NCBI GenBank assembly: GCA_965235115.1
Contig: OZ249436.1
Location: forward strand, 13,640,001-13,704,000
From: Laetmonice hystrix
Lineage: Eukaryota
Direction of reading: 5' to 3'
DNA: 64,000 nt
Below, piece after piece: positions 14,950 through 28,226 of this stretch. The first letter of the stretch is position 1. The number at the start of each line of letters is the position of its first letter. The notes beneath the pieces are model-generated. The model was not told the DNA's origin. It saw only the letters and a list, made by a program, of their open reading frames with translations, and did not search any database. A program made the translations under genes and the position numbers.

Positions 14950-15257
14950 CTGTTTAATAATCCAAGGTCGAATGAAATTCCATGCGATTGTCCATTCCGT
15001 TGTTACATTCCGTGTGGCCCGGTCGGCGGGGAGTGGACAAGGATACGTGATCTTCCCACACACGTCGCACCCACGGCCGCCACCCACGGCCTTCATGTCG
15101 ACGGCGGCCAGCTGTTGGCCGTTGTAAACTTGGTGTTGGAGACCGGTTGGACACCGGTCTGACAGCCACTGTTAACACTGGCCGCCGGCCACCCTCCGGC
15201 CGCCTTCCGCAGCCACCAGTGTGGGAGTGAGGGCCGTCGGTGGCCACCTCGGCCGGC
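14950..15257 (+). promoter_or_regulatory. GC/CpG-rich promoter and 5' UTR region of the nAChR gene, with a short uORF at 15095-15127 (MSTAASCWPL*)
   Basis: CpG-dense stretch directly upstream of the signal-peptide ATG, containing an out-of-frame ATG...TAA. The transcription start was not determined. Confidence 0.5.
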
Positions 15258-15330
15258 ATGGAGAGAGCGCCATGGGCACTGTGGATCCGCCTCTACCTTA
15301 CCCAACTCCTACTACTTGGTAGTATCCAAG
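15258..15330 (+). CDS. CHRNA7-like: Nicotinic acetylcholine receptor alpha7-like subunit, coding exon 1 (signal peptide MERAPWALWIRLYLTQLLLLGSIQ + G)
   Basis: ATG in strong context (gccggcATGg), 24 hydrophobic signal-peptide codons plus 1 nt, then the canonical donor CAAG|GTAAGT. Its phase-1 end joins the exon at 58633 to give ...GSIQ-ETHQGPHEKRLL, matching the alpha7-type junction (insect alpha6 ...IK-ESCQGPHEKRLL). The link across 43 kb is inferred. Confidence 0.8.
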
Positions 15331-18300
15331 GTAAGTCGTAGCACGGAACCATACACCATTATAATACGTGTCTTATCTATACTAGCAGCCTGGTCCTAAG
15401 TTAACACCTCGCGCACTACCTTAAATTCCACAGATTCCAGACAAGGTATAGTTTCCCACCTCCAGGCGCAGATAACGAGTCACGATGTGCCCGCTTGAGG
15501 TGGGTACTCACCTCCATAAACAATCGTTTTACATTATCTCGATACAGGATATTAGTAATTGGACAACCGTGTACTACGTATAGGGAAATAAATGAATTGT
15601 GCGGGTACCTGCGATACTTCAGATAGAATTACCCAGAGTGTGCCGGATGCTAGAATTAGATATCTTCATGCAGAGCCGCACTTTGCGTAGTTTTGTTACT
15701 AACTTCGTTAGGTGAACAGCACCGATCAGGAAGGGCCACAAACAGCAGGGTGGCACTCATCACACCAACAGTCTAACACAGAGATAATGACGTTTCATGT
15801 CAAGGCTATAAAGTTCCTGATTCCTTAAACTATTTATATGATACACTTTACTCATTTATCTCGTCAGGCTGATACTCCATGCAGTAAATCATTGATACTA
15901 GATTTGCCCGTGAAATTCCTGTTTACACGCAGTATTGCGTTCTACGACTGCCTCCCCTGAAGCAGCTATAGAGGACGGGATCCGAGCAAAGTTTGCAACG
16001 GTGGGAATATTATGTTTAGAACAAAGAGTGGCATTGGTTTAGACGACTGAGGCTCTGTCAGTACAAACCGTTTGGCGTTCTGGCGTCGCCAAAACCAGTG
16101 TCCCCGTCCAGGGCCCAGCTTCTGTCCGTCATCTCATTAGTTTTCAGGGTCGTGAGTGAACGGTGTCCAGAGACGGCAACGATTCGATCAAACCAGGCTA
16201 TCATATACACCATTTCCTGTCGTTGCCTCAGCAACCGACATTTGAAAATTGGCCTGCAAGACGCGCAAATGAAGCGGACGATATTGAACGATATTAGAGG
16301 CGGGTTTGCATGTCGTAACATCAGCATGGCTGATTATATTCCGCATGACCACATTGGTTTCAGGCCTTTCTTTTCGTTCTTCACTCCAATATAATTTTTT
16401 TTACTTTTATAGAATTTGAAAGGGCATCAAGTCGTTTTCTAGTTTTAAAATTTCTTGCTGGACTTAAACTTATTTCAGGATAATTCGAATGTAAGAACAC
16501 GAATTCCGTATACCGTTGACCAACGCATGTAATAGGTATATTTCAGAGGGAAAAAATTCCGTCCCGAACCCTTAAAAACTTTCCGGATGAACACACTGAA
16601 GTACGACGGCAAGAGCAGTCAGGAACTCTTTTAAAGTCATATCGAAACAATCTAAAATATCTACCATTCTAAAATATATAGATCACTAAAGGTGGAACAT
16701 AAGTCGTAAATTGTTGTGGCAGTCTGGATGTGTTCATGTTAAACCGTTCAGTTTAACCAGGCGAAGGTATTTCTCATTTATCTTATCATGAAGGCAGAGA
16801 GCAGTGGCCACGCTTCTTCCAGGCGCAGAAACCCGATCTTAACGGGTCGCCACTTCCCGGCCCATATTGATGATGGTAGCAGTGAAGGAGCTCACTAAGC
16901 GGTTGTCGGCGTGTACATAGGTCGGTCGGTCAGGCAGTCGGCCGACCGGTCAATCGGCCGGGTGGGCCGGGGGGTCGGGCCCCGCTCGCCGGGACCCTCG
17001 TGGTCGAGGACCCGCCCAGTAGGTCGGCCCCGGACAGACGGCACAGTTATCTATGGTCCGGCCACTTTTGGTGTTGTGAATTAGTCACGGGGGGATCGGG
17101 ACCGAGTTGATTCAATGATCAATGTTTGTGGACGTGCAGTGCGCGGTATGGGGCTGCCGATAGCGAGAGCCGGTAAATAATGTAACCGCCGATGACGTGT
17201 AAGGGTCACCAGGGTAGACGCCGTGATGGCGGAGCACTTCCGGTCTGCCGTTCTCTGGTGGTGCACAGGTCGACGCCGGCCACACGAGTTGCCAACCGAA
17301 GAATTTAAAGAATGCCGTCGTGGGGCTCATGGTATCGATTTAAGTACCGGAGAAGGGTATTCCTCGGCAAAGGTAGTATAGAGTCCCCCACCCTCCCACC
17401 TCTGTACCCTATGAACGAGAAAACGCTTGGAGGCGTCGCGACCCATGGGAGGAAATCTGCCACTTCTCATAAACGATTTATCAATGTACTTCTTAAGAGT
17501 GGGTCAGCTGAGTATTGAAAGGGCCGGGATCGAACTCGGTGGGAGCGGTAACGCCAGGCAGCTGATGTCGGCGTCGGCGGAGTTAGCGGGCCGATCCATC
17601 GGTGTGGTCAGTCCCTGCTGGCGCCGCCGGCCAGTCGAACCTCCCAGCATTCACACAGCCACAGTTCGCAACCCGTAGGCGTACTTAAGAGGGGTGAAAA
17701 GAGACCAGATAGCCATGCTCAACTTCCGCTACCTCTAAAAGCCATCTCGGCTGGAGTAGCAAGGAAAGTCTAGCCAATAAAACCCTTCGGGACGGTCATG
17801 CATTCTGTCGGGATGCAAGAAACATCAAACAGCCGGCTTCAAGTTCAGCAACGCGTAGTGTTTCAAGCCGTGGATGTGCCAGTATACAGTTTTGCTTATT
17901 GTAGGTAAACACGGAAGTTTTGAGATATGACCCAGGTCAAGGGGAGCAGGCATGGTAAGCGAGGTTGAGCTGGCATACTGGGTTAATACATGGGGCGTGG
18001 GCGTTACCAGGTCCTGTCAATCATGATCCCCTCATGTATGTGCAGAGGTGCCCCCTTCACCTATCGGGTGAATTATGTCGAGCCTTGCCGCGCTGCCATA
18101 CCTGTTTTACCCTTGGAGAGATTAACCAAAAACACCACCAACTCTGTTTCTGCAATACAGATCTTTAGATTTCAGTATCCACGCGTTATGTCGCAGACTT
18201 CGTAGTTCCTCTAGTTCTTCCCTATACGAAACTGCCACCCACGTATATTAGTCCTGGCTACGGTGACATCGTATTGACTTAAAGAAGTACACTAAACACT

Positions 18301-18345
18301 ACAATGATGGACGGTGCGAACTGTATTATCAATGTATAGAAACGT

Positions 18346-19714
18346 TCAGATTTCTCGCAATGATAGCCTATAACCAAACACACCTTGTCACAGTTAGGTT
18401 AGACAGGGTTATCCGGCAAGGGATTCAGATTTCTCGTAATGATAGCCTATGTTCCCAAACACACCTTGTACGCCTTGTCACAGTTAGGTTAGACAGGGAT
18501 ATCCGGCAAGGGATTCAGATTTCTCGTAATGATAGCCTATATTCCCAAACACACCTTGTCACAGTTAGGTTAGACAGGGAGATCCGGCAAGGGATTCAGA
18601 TTTCTCGTAATGATAGCCTATATTCCCAAACACACCTTGTCACAGTTAGGTTAGACAGGGAGATCCGGCAAGGGATTCAGATTTCTCGTAATGATAGCCT
18701 ATATTCCCAAACACACCTTGTCACAGTTAGGTTAGACAGGGATATCCGGCAAGGGATTCAGATTTCTCGTAATGATAGCCTATATTCCCAAACACACCTT
18801 GTCACAGTTAGGTTAGACAGGGATATCCGGCAAGGGATTCAGATTTCTCGTAATGATAGCCTATAACCAAACACACCTTGTCACAGTTAGGTTAGACAGG
18901 GAGATCCGGCAAGGGATTCAGATTTCTCGTAATGATAGCCTATATTCCCAAACACACCTTGTCACAGTTAGGTTAGACAGGGATATCCGGCAAGGGATTC
19001 AGATTTCTCGTAATGATAGCCTATATTCCCAAACACACCTTGTCACAGTTAGGTTAGACAGGGATATCCGGCAAGGGATTCAGATTTCTCGTAATGATAG
19101 CCTATAACCAAACACACCTTGTCACAGTTAGGTTAGACAGGGAGATCCGACAAGGGATTCAGATTTCTCGTAATGATAGCCTATAACCAAACACACCTTG
19201 TCACAGTTAGGTTAGACAGGGATATCCGGCAAGGGATTCAGATTTCTCGTAATGATAGCCTATAACCAAACACACCTTGTCACAGTTAGGTTAGACAGGG
19301 AGATCCGACAAGGGATTCAGATTTCTCGTAATGATAGCCTATGTTCCCAAACACACCTTGTCACAGTTAGGTTAGACAGGGAGATCCGACAAGGGATTCA
19401 GATTTCTCGTAATGATAGCCTATGTTCCCAAACACACCTTGTCACAGTTAGGTTAGACAGGGAGATCCGACAAGGGATTCAGATTTCTCGTAATGATAGC
19501 CTATAACCAAACACACCTTGTCACAGTTAGGTTAGACAGGGATATCCGGCAAGGGATCCAGATTTCTCGTAATGATAGCCTATAACCAAACACACCTTGT
19601 CACAGTTAGGTTAGACAGGGATATCCGGCAAGGGATTCAGATTTCTTGTAATAATAGCCTATATTCCCAAACACACCTTGTCACAGTTAGGTTAGACAGG
19701 GAGATCCGGCAGGG
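18346..19714. repeat. Minisatellite with 81-nt unit (79-nt variant), about 17 copies
   Basis: Unit gatagcctatattcccaaacacaccttgtcacagttaggttagacagggagatccggcaagggattcagatttctcgtaat. The 79-nt variant breaks the reading frame. Confidence 0.97.
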
Positions 19715-22700
19715 GATTGTTTTGATAATATGCGACTCATTAAAATGTGAGAGAAAATTGGCGCCCTCGCCATGATTATCGACATATTTGAGAATCCCAG
19801 CGCTGTTGTAGACCAGCAGGGACCAGCCATCTAACGACCGCAAGCACCTTATGACAGAATCGTCCTTAATTAGAACATTAGAACAAAACGTGTTCTTCAC
19901 CGTTTTCTGCTGTGAGTGACGTTAATAACACGAGCCCTGGGAAATTGAAAGCGGCTAGAGAGGCGTGAACCTACCACAGAACAGTCCCATTCATTTAGTC
20001 TGATCGCACATTATAGAAAATTATGATTCCATGATAACAAGCTACTGACACCTTGATCTGTCACTATCCCGACAAATTACTTATACGCACCGTGCATAAA
20101 TAAGGATACTAATTAAAGTATCCTTTCCATGAACCATTCATATTTCCAGACAATATCTTCTCTCTTTTTTTATAGATGTTTACCATTTCACAACGGGAGA
20201 CATATGCTCACGATAATGTACTTTTTCTGCCCCTTGTCGTGCCTCACATCAATCAACTACTGTGGCGTGAGTTGTAAACTTACACAACATTATGGGCATT
20301 ACTCACGATGGTGACAATAAATAGTCCTCATCATACATAATTGCGAAGCCATCATTGTTATGTCAAAAAAAGCTAATTGAAAGTTGTGTTCCCATCACGA
20401 CCGTCACTGTTTTAGGGAAGTGGGACGTGTCACAAACCATCAACCCTACCATTATGGTCCCCTCCCAATGCACCATTATAGATCTGTGCCACAGGGTTTA
20501 TTATTGTGTAGTCAGAACAATAGTTAAATGACTTTAGAGGTATCATTTATTATAGGTATCGGTATTCACTAATATATACAAGTTGCAAGCTTATTATATA
20601 TCCTGTAACTTTACAGTGATGTCAAAAGCGGTTGGCCACAGGGGCCATGCCCCCCCCCCCCCCCACCAGAGAAACATGTCCCCCACGATTCAAGAGGCAC
20701 AGAGAAAGACCTAGGTGGGCAGGACCTGCCCAGTGAGGGGCCTTGCAGCGCGCCGTCAGCGTCACTTAGCGGGCCCGGGGATTGTAACTGAGTGACGACT
20801 GTTCGCTAGTCTCCGTATTTTAAGGAGGCCTCAACAACTTCTTCCGCCACAAACTAGCGCATCGTTCGTCCATCCACCATCTCTCCCCAGATTAAGTGTA
20901 AGGAGTGGGGGGAACTTTGGAAGTGGACTAAAACAAGAGGTAGCCTGGAAGTCAGTTAACCAGGGCCCATTTCAGGTTACCTTTGTGTCTTTCGGTATTT
21001 AGCGAAATTCGATCGTCAAATCCTTAAAGCGAACAGTAACGCATTTCAATGGGAGAATTTCTTTGGCACAGTGTGTTCCAATGGCTTTGAATTGTTATAT
21101 TCTTAATGGTTAAAGGTGGCCAGGTTGAAAACTTCAAACACTTTGTAAATGGGATTATATGCGACCAAGGATGCCTGAAGAAAGACGACGTACGACCAGC
21201 TTGCCTTCTATAGAGTCTTAGTCTCTCGATTTGAGAATTATATCGTCTTCACAGGTCACAGTTCGATGGGGACTCTACTATAAGGGTTGGTTTCATCCTA
21301 AAGGAGTACAGAACTTTCCTTTAGGGATTACGAAATCATTGTTTCCTTTGAGCTCGTTGGTGACTGGCATTTGCTAAAGAGTCGCGAACCCTGGTCGTAC
21401 TTTATAAAGTAATGGGCCCGGGAACAGTAAATAAAAGTGGTGAAGGCAAACAAGTCATGAGGATGCTCTCCGTGGAAATCCACGTATATGCCAAACCACT
21501 CTACGCAGCCAGGATTTATCGGCAGGGGCAGGACGCTGCGCAGGGAGATTAGTTCTTCTTGTTTCCGAAGTAAGCCTGCCAATCTCAACTTTTCCAACCG
21601 TGTGTGTTTGCCTAAGCCAGTTTAAATAGCTAAACTGCGGGAGCTGTTTCTCCTTTAAACGAGGCGGCTTGGTGTGGCTGGATCTGATCCGTTCTGGAGA
21701 GAACCCAAGCGCCCACCATTTGTCAGAACGTATCCTCTCAAACGTCATGGTTAAAGGCTCCGGTCGCTACCTCGGCCACTGGAAAGGCGATAGGAAGCGT
21801 TTCCAATGTTCACCCACTTTCTACTCACCCCTGTGAGAGGGCAGAGGGCCCTCACCGCCCATAGCCGCCAGGTGTCATTTTGTCTGGCTGCCTGCAGCTC
21901 TTGGCCGCCACTGAAGAGGTCGGTAACTAGGTCCACTAATATCGAAAATCCGACAAGAACTGAATTTGAATTGATGGCACCCCCTTAGGCTGTTGACTCT
22001 GCAAGCCCAGCAGTGTTGACACAACAGTTGAGGTATATGTTTATTAGAAGGATACAGCACAGCGTGTGACGTTGGTATAATGCTTCCAGCAGTCAGCCAT
22101 CTACCTCAATCTGCTCAGACGATCGCTACCAGGTCTGCTATCTGTCTCAAGTACACGAGTTGGGTCAAACCTCCTACATCTTTAATACATACAACGAGGT
22201 TTTCAACAGTATTTTGGTACATACACCAAACTTTTAAGTGTCTGCCACTGGAGAACGATTTTCCTTGCAAGTGTACTGGGTAAGCCTCCTTCACAAAGCA
22301 TAAAATCAATGCAAATATTTATGCTTTTCGAAAATAAATCTCCGATATAGGCTAGACTGCCGAAAGTCTGCGGGGGTTCCAGTACATACGGAAAGAGTTC
22401 TCAACACAGAGGTCAAACCAGTAGGTTAATCCTATAATCGTCAATCTGAATGGGTCTGAACGTATCTAAATGTACAGTATCAGACCCGCAGTATCTCTCA
22501 GACAAGCAAGGGCTGATGCTTGATGCTGATAACACAGTTTGATGGCAGAGCTGAGATCTGCTAAGCAGCGGCAAGAAATGGATCCAACTTTGAATTGGCA
22601 CATTCGCATGAGGAAGTCGTATATTTCATACATAGGGTGCGCAGTTGGAAGGGGAGGTGGGGGGGGGGGGGGGGGGTCTACAGTTGGCTTACACAGGGGA

Positions 22701-23106
22701 GTTGTTAGCTATAGGTCCTTGAGATGGAGAAAAAAGTAGGCCACGTGGATTAGTGCCGAAACTCGTCTGGAAGCGGTGGGATATGTTCTCTGTGGAGCGC
22801 TTACATCCACTGGCTCGGTACCTCTGATCATCCTCCGCCCTTCCTGCCGGCAATGGGGCCGCGAAATCCTTATCCATTCATTCAGGGCACTGAGCCGGAG
22901 AAAATATTATTTCTCTTCCTTGTCCATATAGAGATCTCCTCGCCGTTTTCTTCAGGCTCGTCTTGATAGATCACCTCTCTTTCAATCCGTCCTAATCCCT
23001 TCCTCATGCGGAGTTGTCATTCTCCGATCGTCTTAGCGATTATTTACCGGCCAGCGGCCTCTGAGACAGAAGCTGTGATTGGGTGCCACCTCATCCTTCA
23101 ATCCCA

Positions 23107-24175
23107 TTACATTCGTATCTACCTGAGGGTGTCGTATCCTGATAACGATCAGTAAATAGTATCAGACCACGGGTAGGGGGGGGGGGGGGTACCCATGAGT
23201 TACATTCGTATCTACCTGAGGGTGTCGTATCCTGATAACGATTAGTACATAGTATCAGACCACAGCCCGGTATGGTACCCATGAGTTACATTCGTATCTA
23301 CCTGAGGGTGTCGTATTCTGATAACGATCAGTACATATGATCAGACCACAGCCCGGTATGGTACCCATGAGTTACATTCGTATCTACCTGAGGGTGTCGT
23401 ATCCTGATAACGATCAGTACATAGTATCAGACCACAGCCCGGTATGGTACCCATGAATTACATTCGTATCTACCTGAGGGTGTCGTATCCTGATAACGAT
23501 CAGTACATAGTATCAGACCACAGCCCGGTATGGTACCCATGAATTACATTCGTATCTACCTGAGGGTGTCGTATCCTGATAACGATCAGTACATAGTATC
23601 AGACCACAGCCCGGTATGGTACCCATGAGTTACATTCGTATCTACCTGAGGGTGTCGTATCCTGATAACGATCAGTACATATGATCAGACCACAGTCCGG
23701 TATGGTACCCATGAGTTACATTCGTATCTACCTGAGGGTGTCGTATCCTGATAACGATCAGTACATAGTATCAGACCACAGCCCGGTATGGTACCCATGA
23801 GTTACATTCGTATCTACCTGAGGGTGTCGTATCCTGATAACGATCAGTACATAGTATCAGACCACATCCCGGTATGGTACCCATGAATTACATTCGTATC
23901 TACCTGAGGGTGTCGTATCCTGATAACGATCAGTACATAGTATCAGACCACAGCCCGGTATGGTACCCATGAGTTACATTCGTATCTACCTGAGGGTATC
24001 GTATCCTGATAACGATCAGTACATAGAATCAGACCACGGGTAGGGAGGGTACCCATGAGTTACATTAGTATCTATCTTAGGATACCGTATCCTGATAGCT
24101 ATCAGTAGGCCTACATATAGTATCAGACCACGGACAGGGATGATATCAACGAGTTACATTCGTATATCTGACGAT
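23107..24175. repeat. Minisatellite with 86-nt unit, about 12 copies
   Basis: Unit tacattcgtatctacctgagggtgtcgtatcctgataacgatcagtacatagtatcagaccacagcccggtatggtacccatgagt. Confidence 0.96.
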
Positions 24176-24524
24176 ATCGAGAACCCTGCAAAAGTTTATT
24201 AAGGATGAGTCAGGGATCAAAGAAATTAAAATAAACACTGACTGTCGGGTCTGTTTCCAGGTGAAATATAATATATGTTATAACAAGCGGCTCAGGTGAT
24301 CTCTCTAAACAGTTGTCGGTAAATAAATCATGATACAAGTCGGTAGAATCTGGAGGAATGCTCAGTATGGAGCAAAGAAAACTTCCCAGTGTCGGCGGGT
24401 CTAGGATAACAGGAAAGGTGGAGGGTGGTGCAAAGATTGGGCATTTACATTCTATCAAGGGAATCGCCAACACAAAGGGCAACGTCATCAACGTTCCTAG
24501 ACGTGTTGGAGGCGGCGGCCTCAA

Positions 24525-25092
24525 CCTGCCTCCCCACCGACCTATCTACCTACCCACCCACCTATCTACCTCCCCACCCACCTATCTACCTACCCACCGA
24601 CCTATCTACCTACCCACCCACCTATCTACCTGCCCACCGACCTATCTCCCCACCCACCGACCTATCTACCTGCCCACCGACCTATCTACCTACCCACCGA
24701 CCTATCTACCTACCCACCGACCTATCTCCCCACCCACCGACCTATCTACCTACCCACCCACCTATCTACCTACCCACCCACCTATCTACCTCCCCACCGA
24801 CCTATCTACCTCCCCACCGACCTATTTACCTACCCACCTACCTCCCCACCCACCTATCTACCTGCCCACCGACCTATCTACCTGTCCACCCACCTATCTA
24901 CCTACCCACCCACCTATCTACCTCCCCACCCACCTATCTACCTCCCCACCCACCTATCTACCTCCCCACCCACCTATCTACCTGTCCACCCACCTATCTA
25001 CCTACCCACCCGCCTGCCTATCTACCTCCCCACCCACCTATCTACCTCCCCACCCACCTATCTACCTACCCACCCACCCACCTACCCACCCA
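24525..25092. repeat. C-rich low-complexity repeat (cccacc[c/g]acctatctacct, units of about 20 nt with 4-nt subunits)
   Basis: Direct reading. It produces the spurious Pro/Thr-rich ORFs 24358-25134 and 24425-25108. Confidence 0.93.
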
Positions 25093-25102
25093 TTTATCCT
25101 TG

Positions 25103-25909
25103 CAGTAACATCTGGCCATCCATCCATATTCTAGTTACAGTAACATCTGGCCAGCCATCCGTATTCTAGTTACAGTAACATCTGGCCATCCATCCATATT
25201 ACAGTTACAGTAACATCTGGCCAGCCATTCGTATTCTAGTTACAGTAACATCTGGTCAGCCATCCGTATTCCAGTTACAGTAACATCTGGCCAGCCATCC
25301 GTATTCCAGTTACGGTAACATCTGCCCATCCATCCATATTACAGTTACAGTAACATCTGGCCATCCATCCATATTACAGTTACAGTAACATCTGGCCAGC
25401 CATTCGTATTCCAGTTACGGTAACATCTGCCCATCCATCCATATTACAGTTACAGTAACATCTGGCCATCCATCCATATTACAGTTACAGTAACATCTGG
25501 CCAGCCATCCGTATTCCAGTTACGGTAACATCTGCCCATCCATCCATATTACAGTTACAGTAACATCTGGCCATCCATCCATATTACAGTTACAGTAACA
25601 TCTGGCCAGCCATCCGTATTCCAGTTACAGTAACATCTTGCCAGCCATCCGCATTCCAGTTACGGTAACATCTGGCCAGCCACCCGTATTCCAGTTACGG
25701 TAACATCTGGCCAGCCATCCGTATTCCAGTTACGGTAACATCTGGCCAGCCATCCGTATTCCAGTTACGGTAACATCTGGTCAGCCATTCGTATTCTAGT
25801 TACAGTAACATCTTGCCAGCTATCCGTATTCCAGTTACGGTAACATCTTGCCAGCCATCCGTATTCCAGTTACAGTAACATCTGGCCAGCCATCCGTATT
25901 CCAGTTACA
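25103..25909. repeat. Minisatellite with 35-nt unit, about 23 copies, abutting the C-rich repeat
   Basis: Unit gttacagtaacatctggccagccatccgtattcca. Confidence 0.96.
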
Positions 25910-26852
25910 TTACCTAGTCAACGCCCATCGCCGTCATATATTCTTCATGCGAGGACCTGTAATTAAGATTGATGCCCGCTTTCATTCGATATGATTCCAA
26001 ATCGACCATTAATACCCAAGTAATCAAATAATAACCCTATAATGTCTGCGCTGGTCACTAGAGAGAGCCCTGACTGGGGATCGCACCGTTAGTTTATGGA
26101 CGGGTCAAGGATGGAAGGATGTTAGGTTACTGCCACGACACGTTTACTGAGATTACCAAGGAATTGTCCATGTATACATGCTCCCCGGTACAGCAGAGCC
26201 CTGACGGAATATACCAGATATTGGGGGGAGTCTCACCCCGATTAGTGTGAGATACTTGATACGTTATACGTTACGTTATAACTTGAACACGGTCTGTGAT
26301 AAAGGTGTACACGGACGTTATCGGTCAGTAAGATAAGATCTGATATGTAACATTAGTTAAAGACACGCTCTACCGACACCAGTCAGAGAATTAGTAATAT
26401 ATTCAGTATAGGTGTAGGCACAGACGTCGTGGGTAAAGTTAGAGAAGGACTTATTCCTTCCCGGGATTGGTAGGGCGTCAATCTTCAACATGCTTGTAGT
26501 TTGAATGAAATCAATGCTGACACATCGTTCCGACAAGGTGGCTCTCGGCAGACGAAGGGATTTCCTGCAACATCTAATTCGTTTACAATCAGCAGAGGAA
26601 TAGTAATTTATTATACATTAATTTATCACGCAAAATTATCTCATCTTTATAATGTGTAGGTCTTTGATTGTCGTGCTCAATCAAGAAAGAAACATGTCAT
26701 GAATGAAAAAAGAGGGACAACATTAGTAGTTTACCTCAGTTGTATAATTTAATGTAAAGATTGCTTGCAGATATATGTTTGGGATTTTGCCATGTTTACC
26801 GGGAAGGACGTGCATGGTCTTGACGTGTATAGACGTACTATGAGCAGATTTT

Positions 26853-28226
26853 GCTTACTGCCAGTGTGGACCTAGCCCCAGTAAGCATCCCCTGACTACG
26901 GGTTCACCGGCTTACTGCCAGTGTGGACCTAGCCCCAGTAAGCATCCCCTCACTACGAGTTCACCGGCTTACTGCCAGTGTGGACCTAGCCCCAGTAAGC
27001 ATCCCCTGACTACGAGTTCACCGGCTTACTGCCAGTGTGGACCTAGCCCCAGTAACCATCCCCTGACTACGAGTTCACCGGCTTACTGCTAGTGTGGACC
27101 TAGCCCCAGTAACCATCCCCTGACTACGAGTTCACCGGCTTACTGCCAGTGTGGACCTAGCCCCAGTAACCATCCCCTGACTACGAGTTCACCGGCTTAC
27201 TGCTAGTGTGGACCTAGCCCCAGTAACCATCCCCTGACTACGAGTTCACCGGCTTACTGCTAGTGTGGACCTAGCCCCAGTAACCATCCCCTGACTACGG
27301 GTTCACCGGCTTACTGCCAGTGTGGACCTAGCCCCAGTAAGCATCCCCTCACTACGAGTTCACCGGCTTACTGCAAGTGTGGACCCTAGCCCCAGTAACC
27401 ATCCCCTGACTACGAGTTCACCGGCTTACTGCCAGTGTGGACCTAGCCCCAGTAACCATCCCCTGACTACGAGTTCACCGGCTTACTGCCAGTGTGGACC
27501 TAGCCCCAGTAACCATCCCCTCACTACGAGTTCACCGGCTTACTGCCAGTGTGGACCCTAGCCCCAGTAACCATCCCCTGACTACGGGTTCACCGGCTTA
27601 CTGCCAGTGTGGACCTAGCCCCAGTAACCATCCCCTGACTACGAGTTCACCGGCTTACTGCCAGTGGGGACCTAGCCCCAGTAACCATCCCCTGACTACG
27701 GGTTCACCGGCTTACTGCCAGTGTGGACCCTAGCCCCAGTAAGCATCCCCTGACTACGAGTTCACCGGCTTACTGCCAGTGTGGACCTAGCCCCAGTAAG
27801 CATCCCCTCACTACGAGTTCACCGGCTTACTGCCAGTGTGGACCCTAGCCCCAGTAACCATCCCCTGACTACGGGTTCACCGGCTTACTGCCAGTGTGGA
27901 CCTAGCCCCAGTAACCATCCCCTGACTACGGGTTCACCGGCTTACTGCCAGTGTGGACCTAGCCCCAGCAACCATCCCCTGACTACGAGTTCACCGGCTT
28001 ACTGCTAGTGTGGACCCAGCCCCAGTAACCATCCCCTGACTACGAGTTCACCGGCTTACTGCCAGTGTGGACCTAGCCCCAGTAACCATCCCCTGACTAC
28101 GAGTTCACCGGCTTACTGCTAGTGTGGACCTAGCCCCAGTAAGCATCCCCTGACTACGAGTTCACCGGCTTACTGCCAGTGTGGACCTAGCCCCAGTAAG
28201 CATCCCCTGACCACGAGTTCACCGGC
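26853..28226. repeat. Minisatellite with 57/58-nt unit, about 24 copies
   Basis: Unit gcttactgccagtgtggacctagccccagtaaccatcccctgactacgagttcaccg. The +1 variants shift the frame. Confidence 0.97.

Noticed and set aside
18360-19775. Repeated ORFs (SQTHLVTVRLDREIRQGIQISRNDSLY)n
   Set aside because: The 79-nt unit variants repeatedly frameshift and terminate the frame, as expected for a non-coding minisatellite.
24358-25134. 258-aa and 227-aa Pro/Thr/Tyr-rich ORFs
   Set aside because: They come from the C-rich low-complexity repeat, which is open in several frames and has no non-repeat domain.
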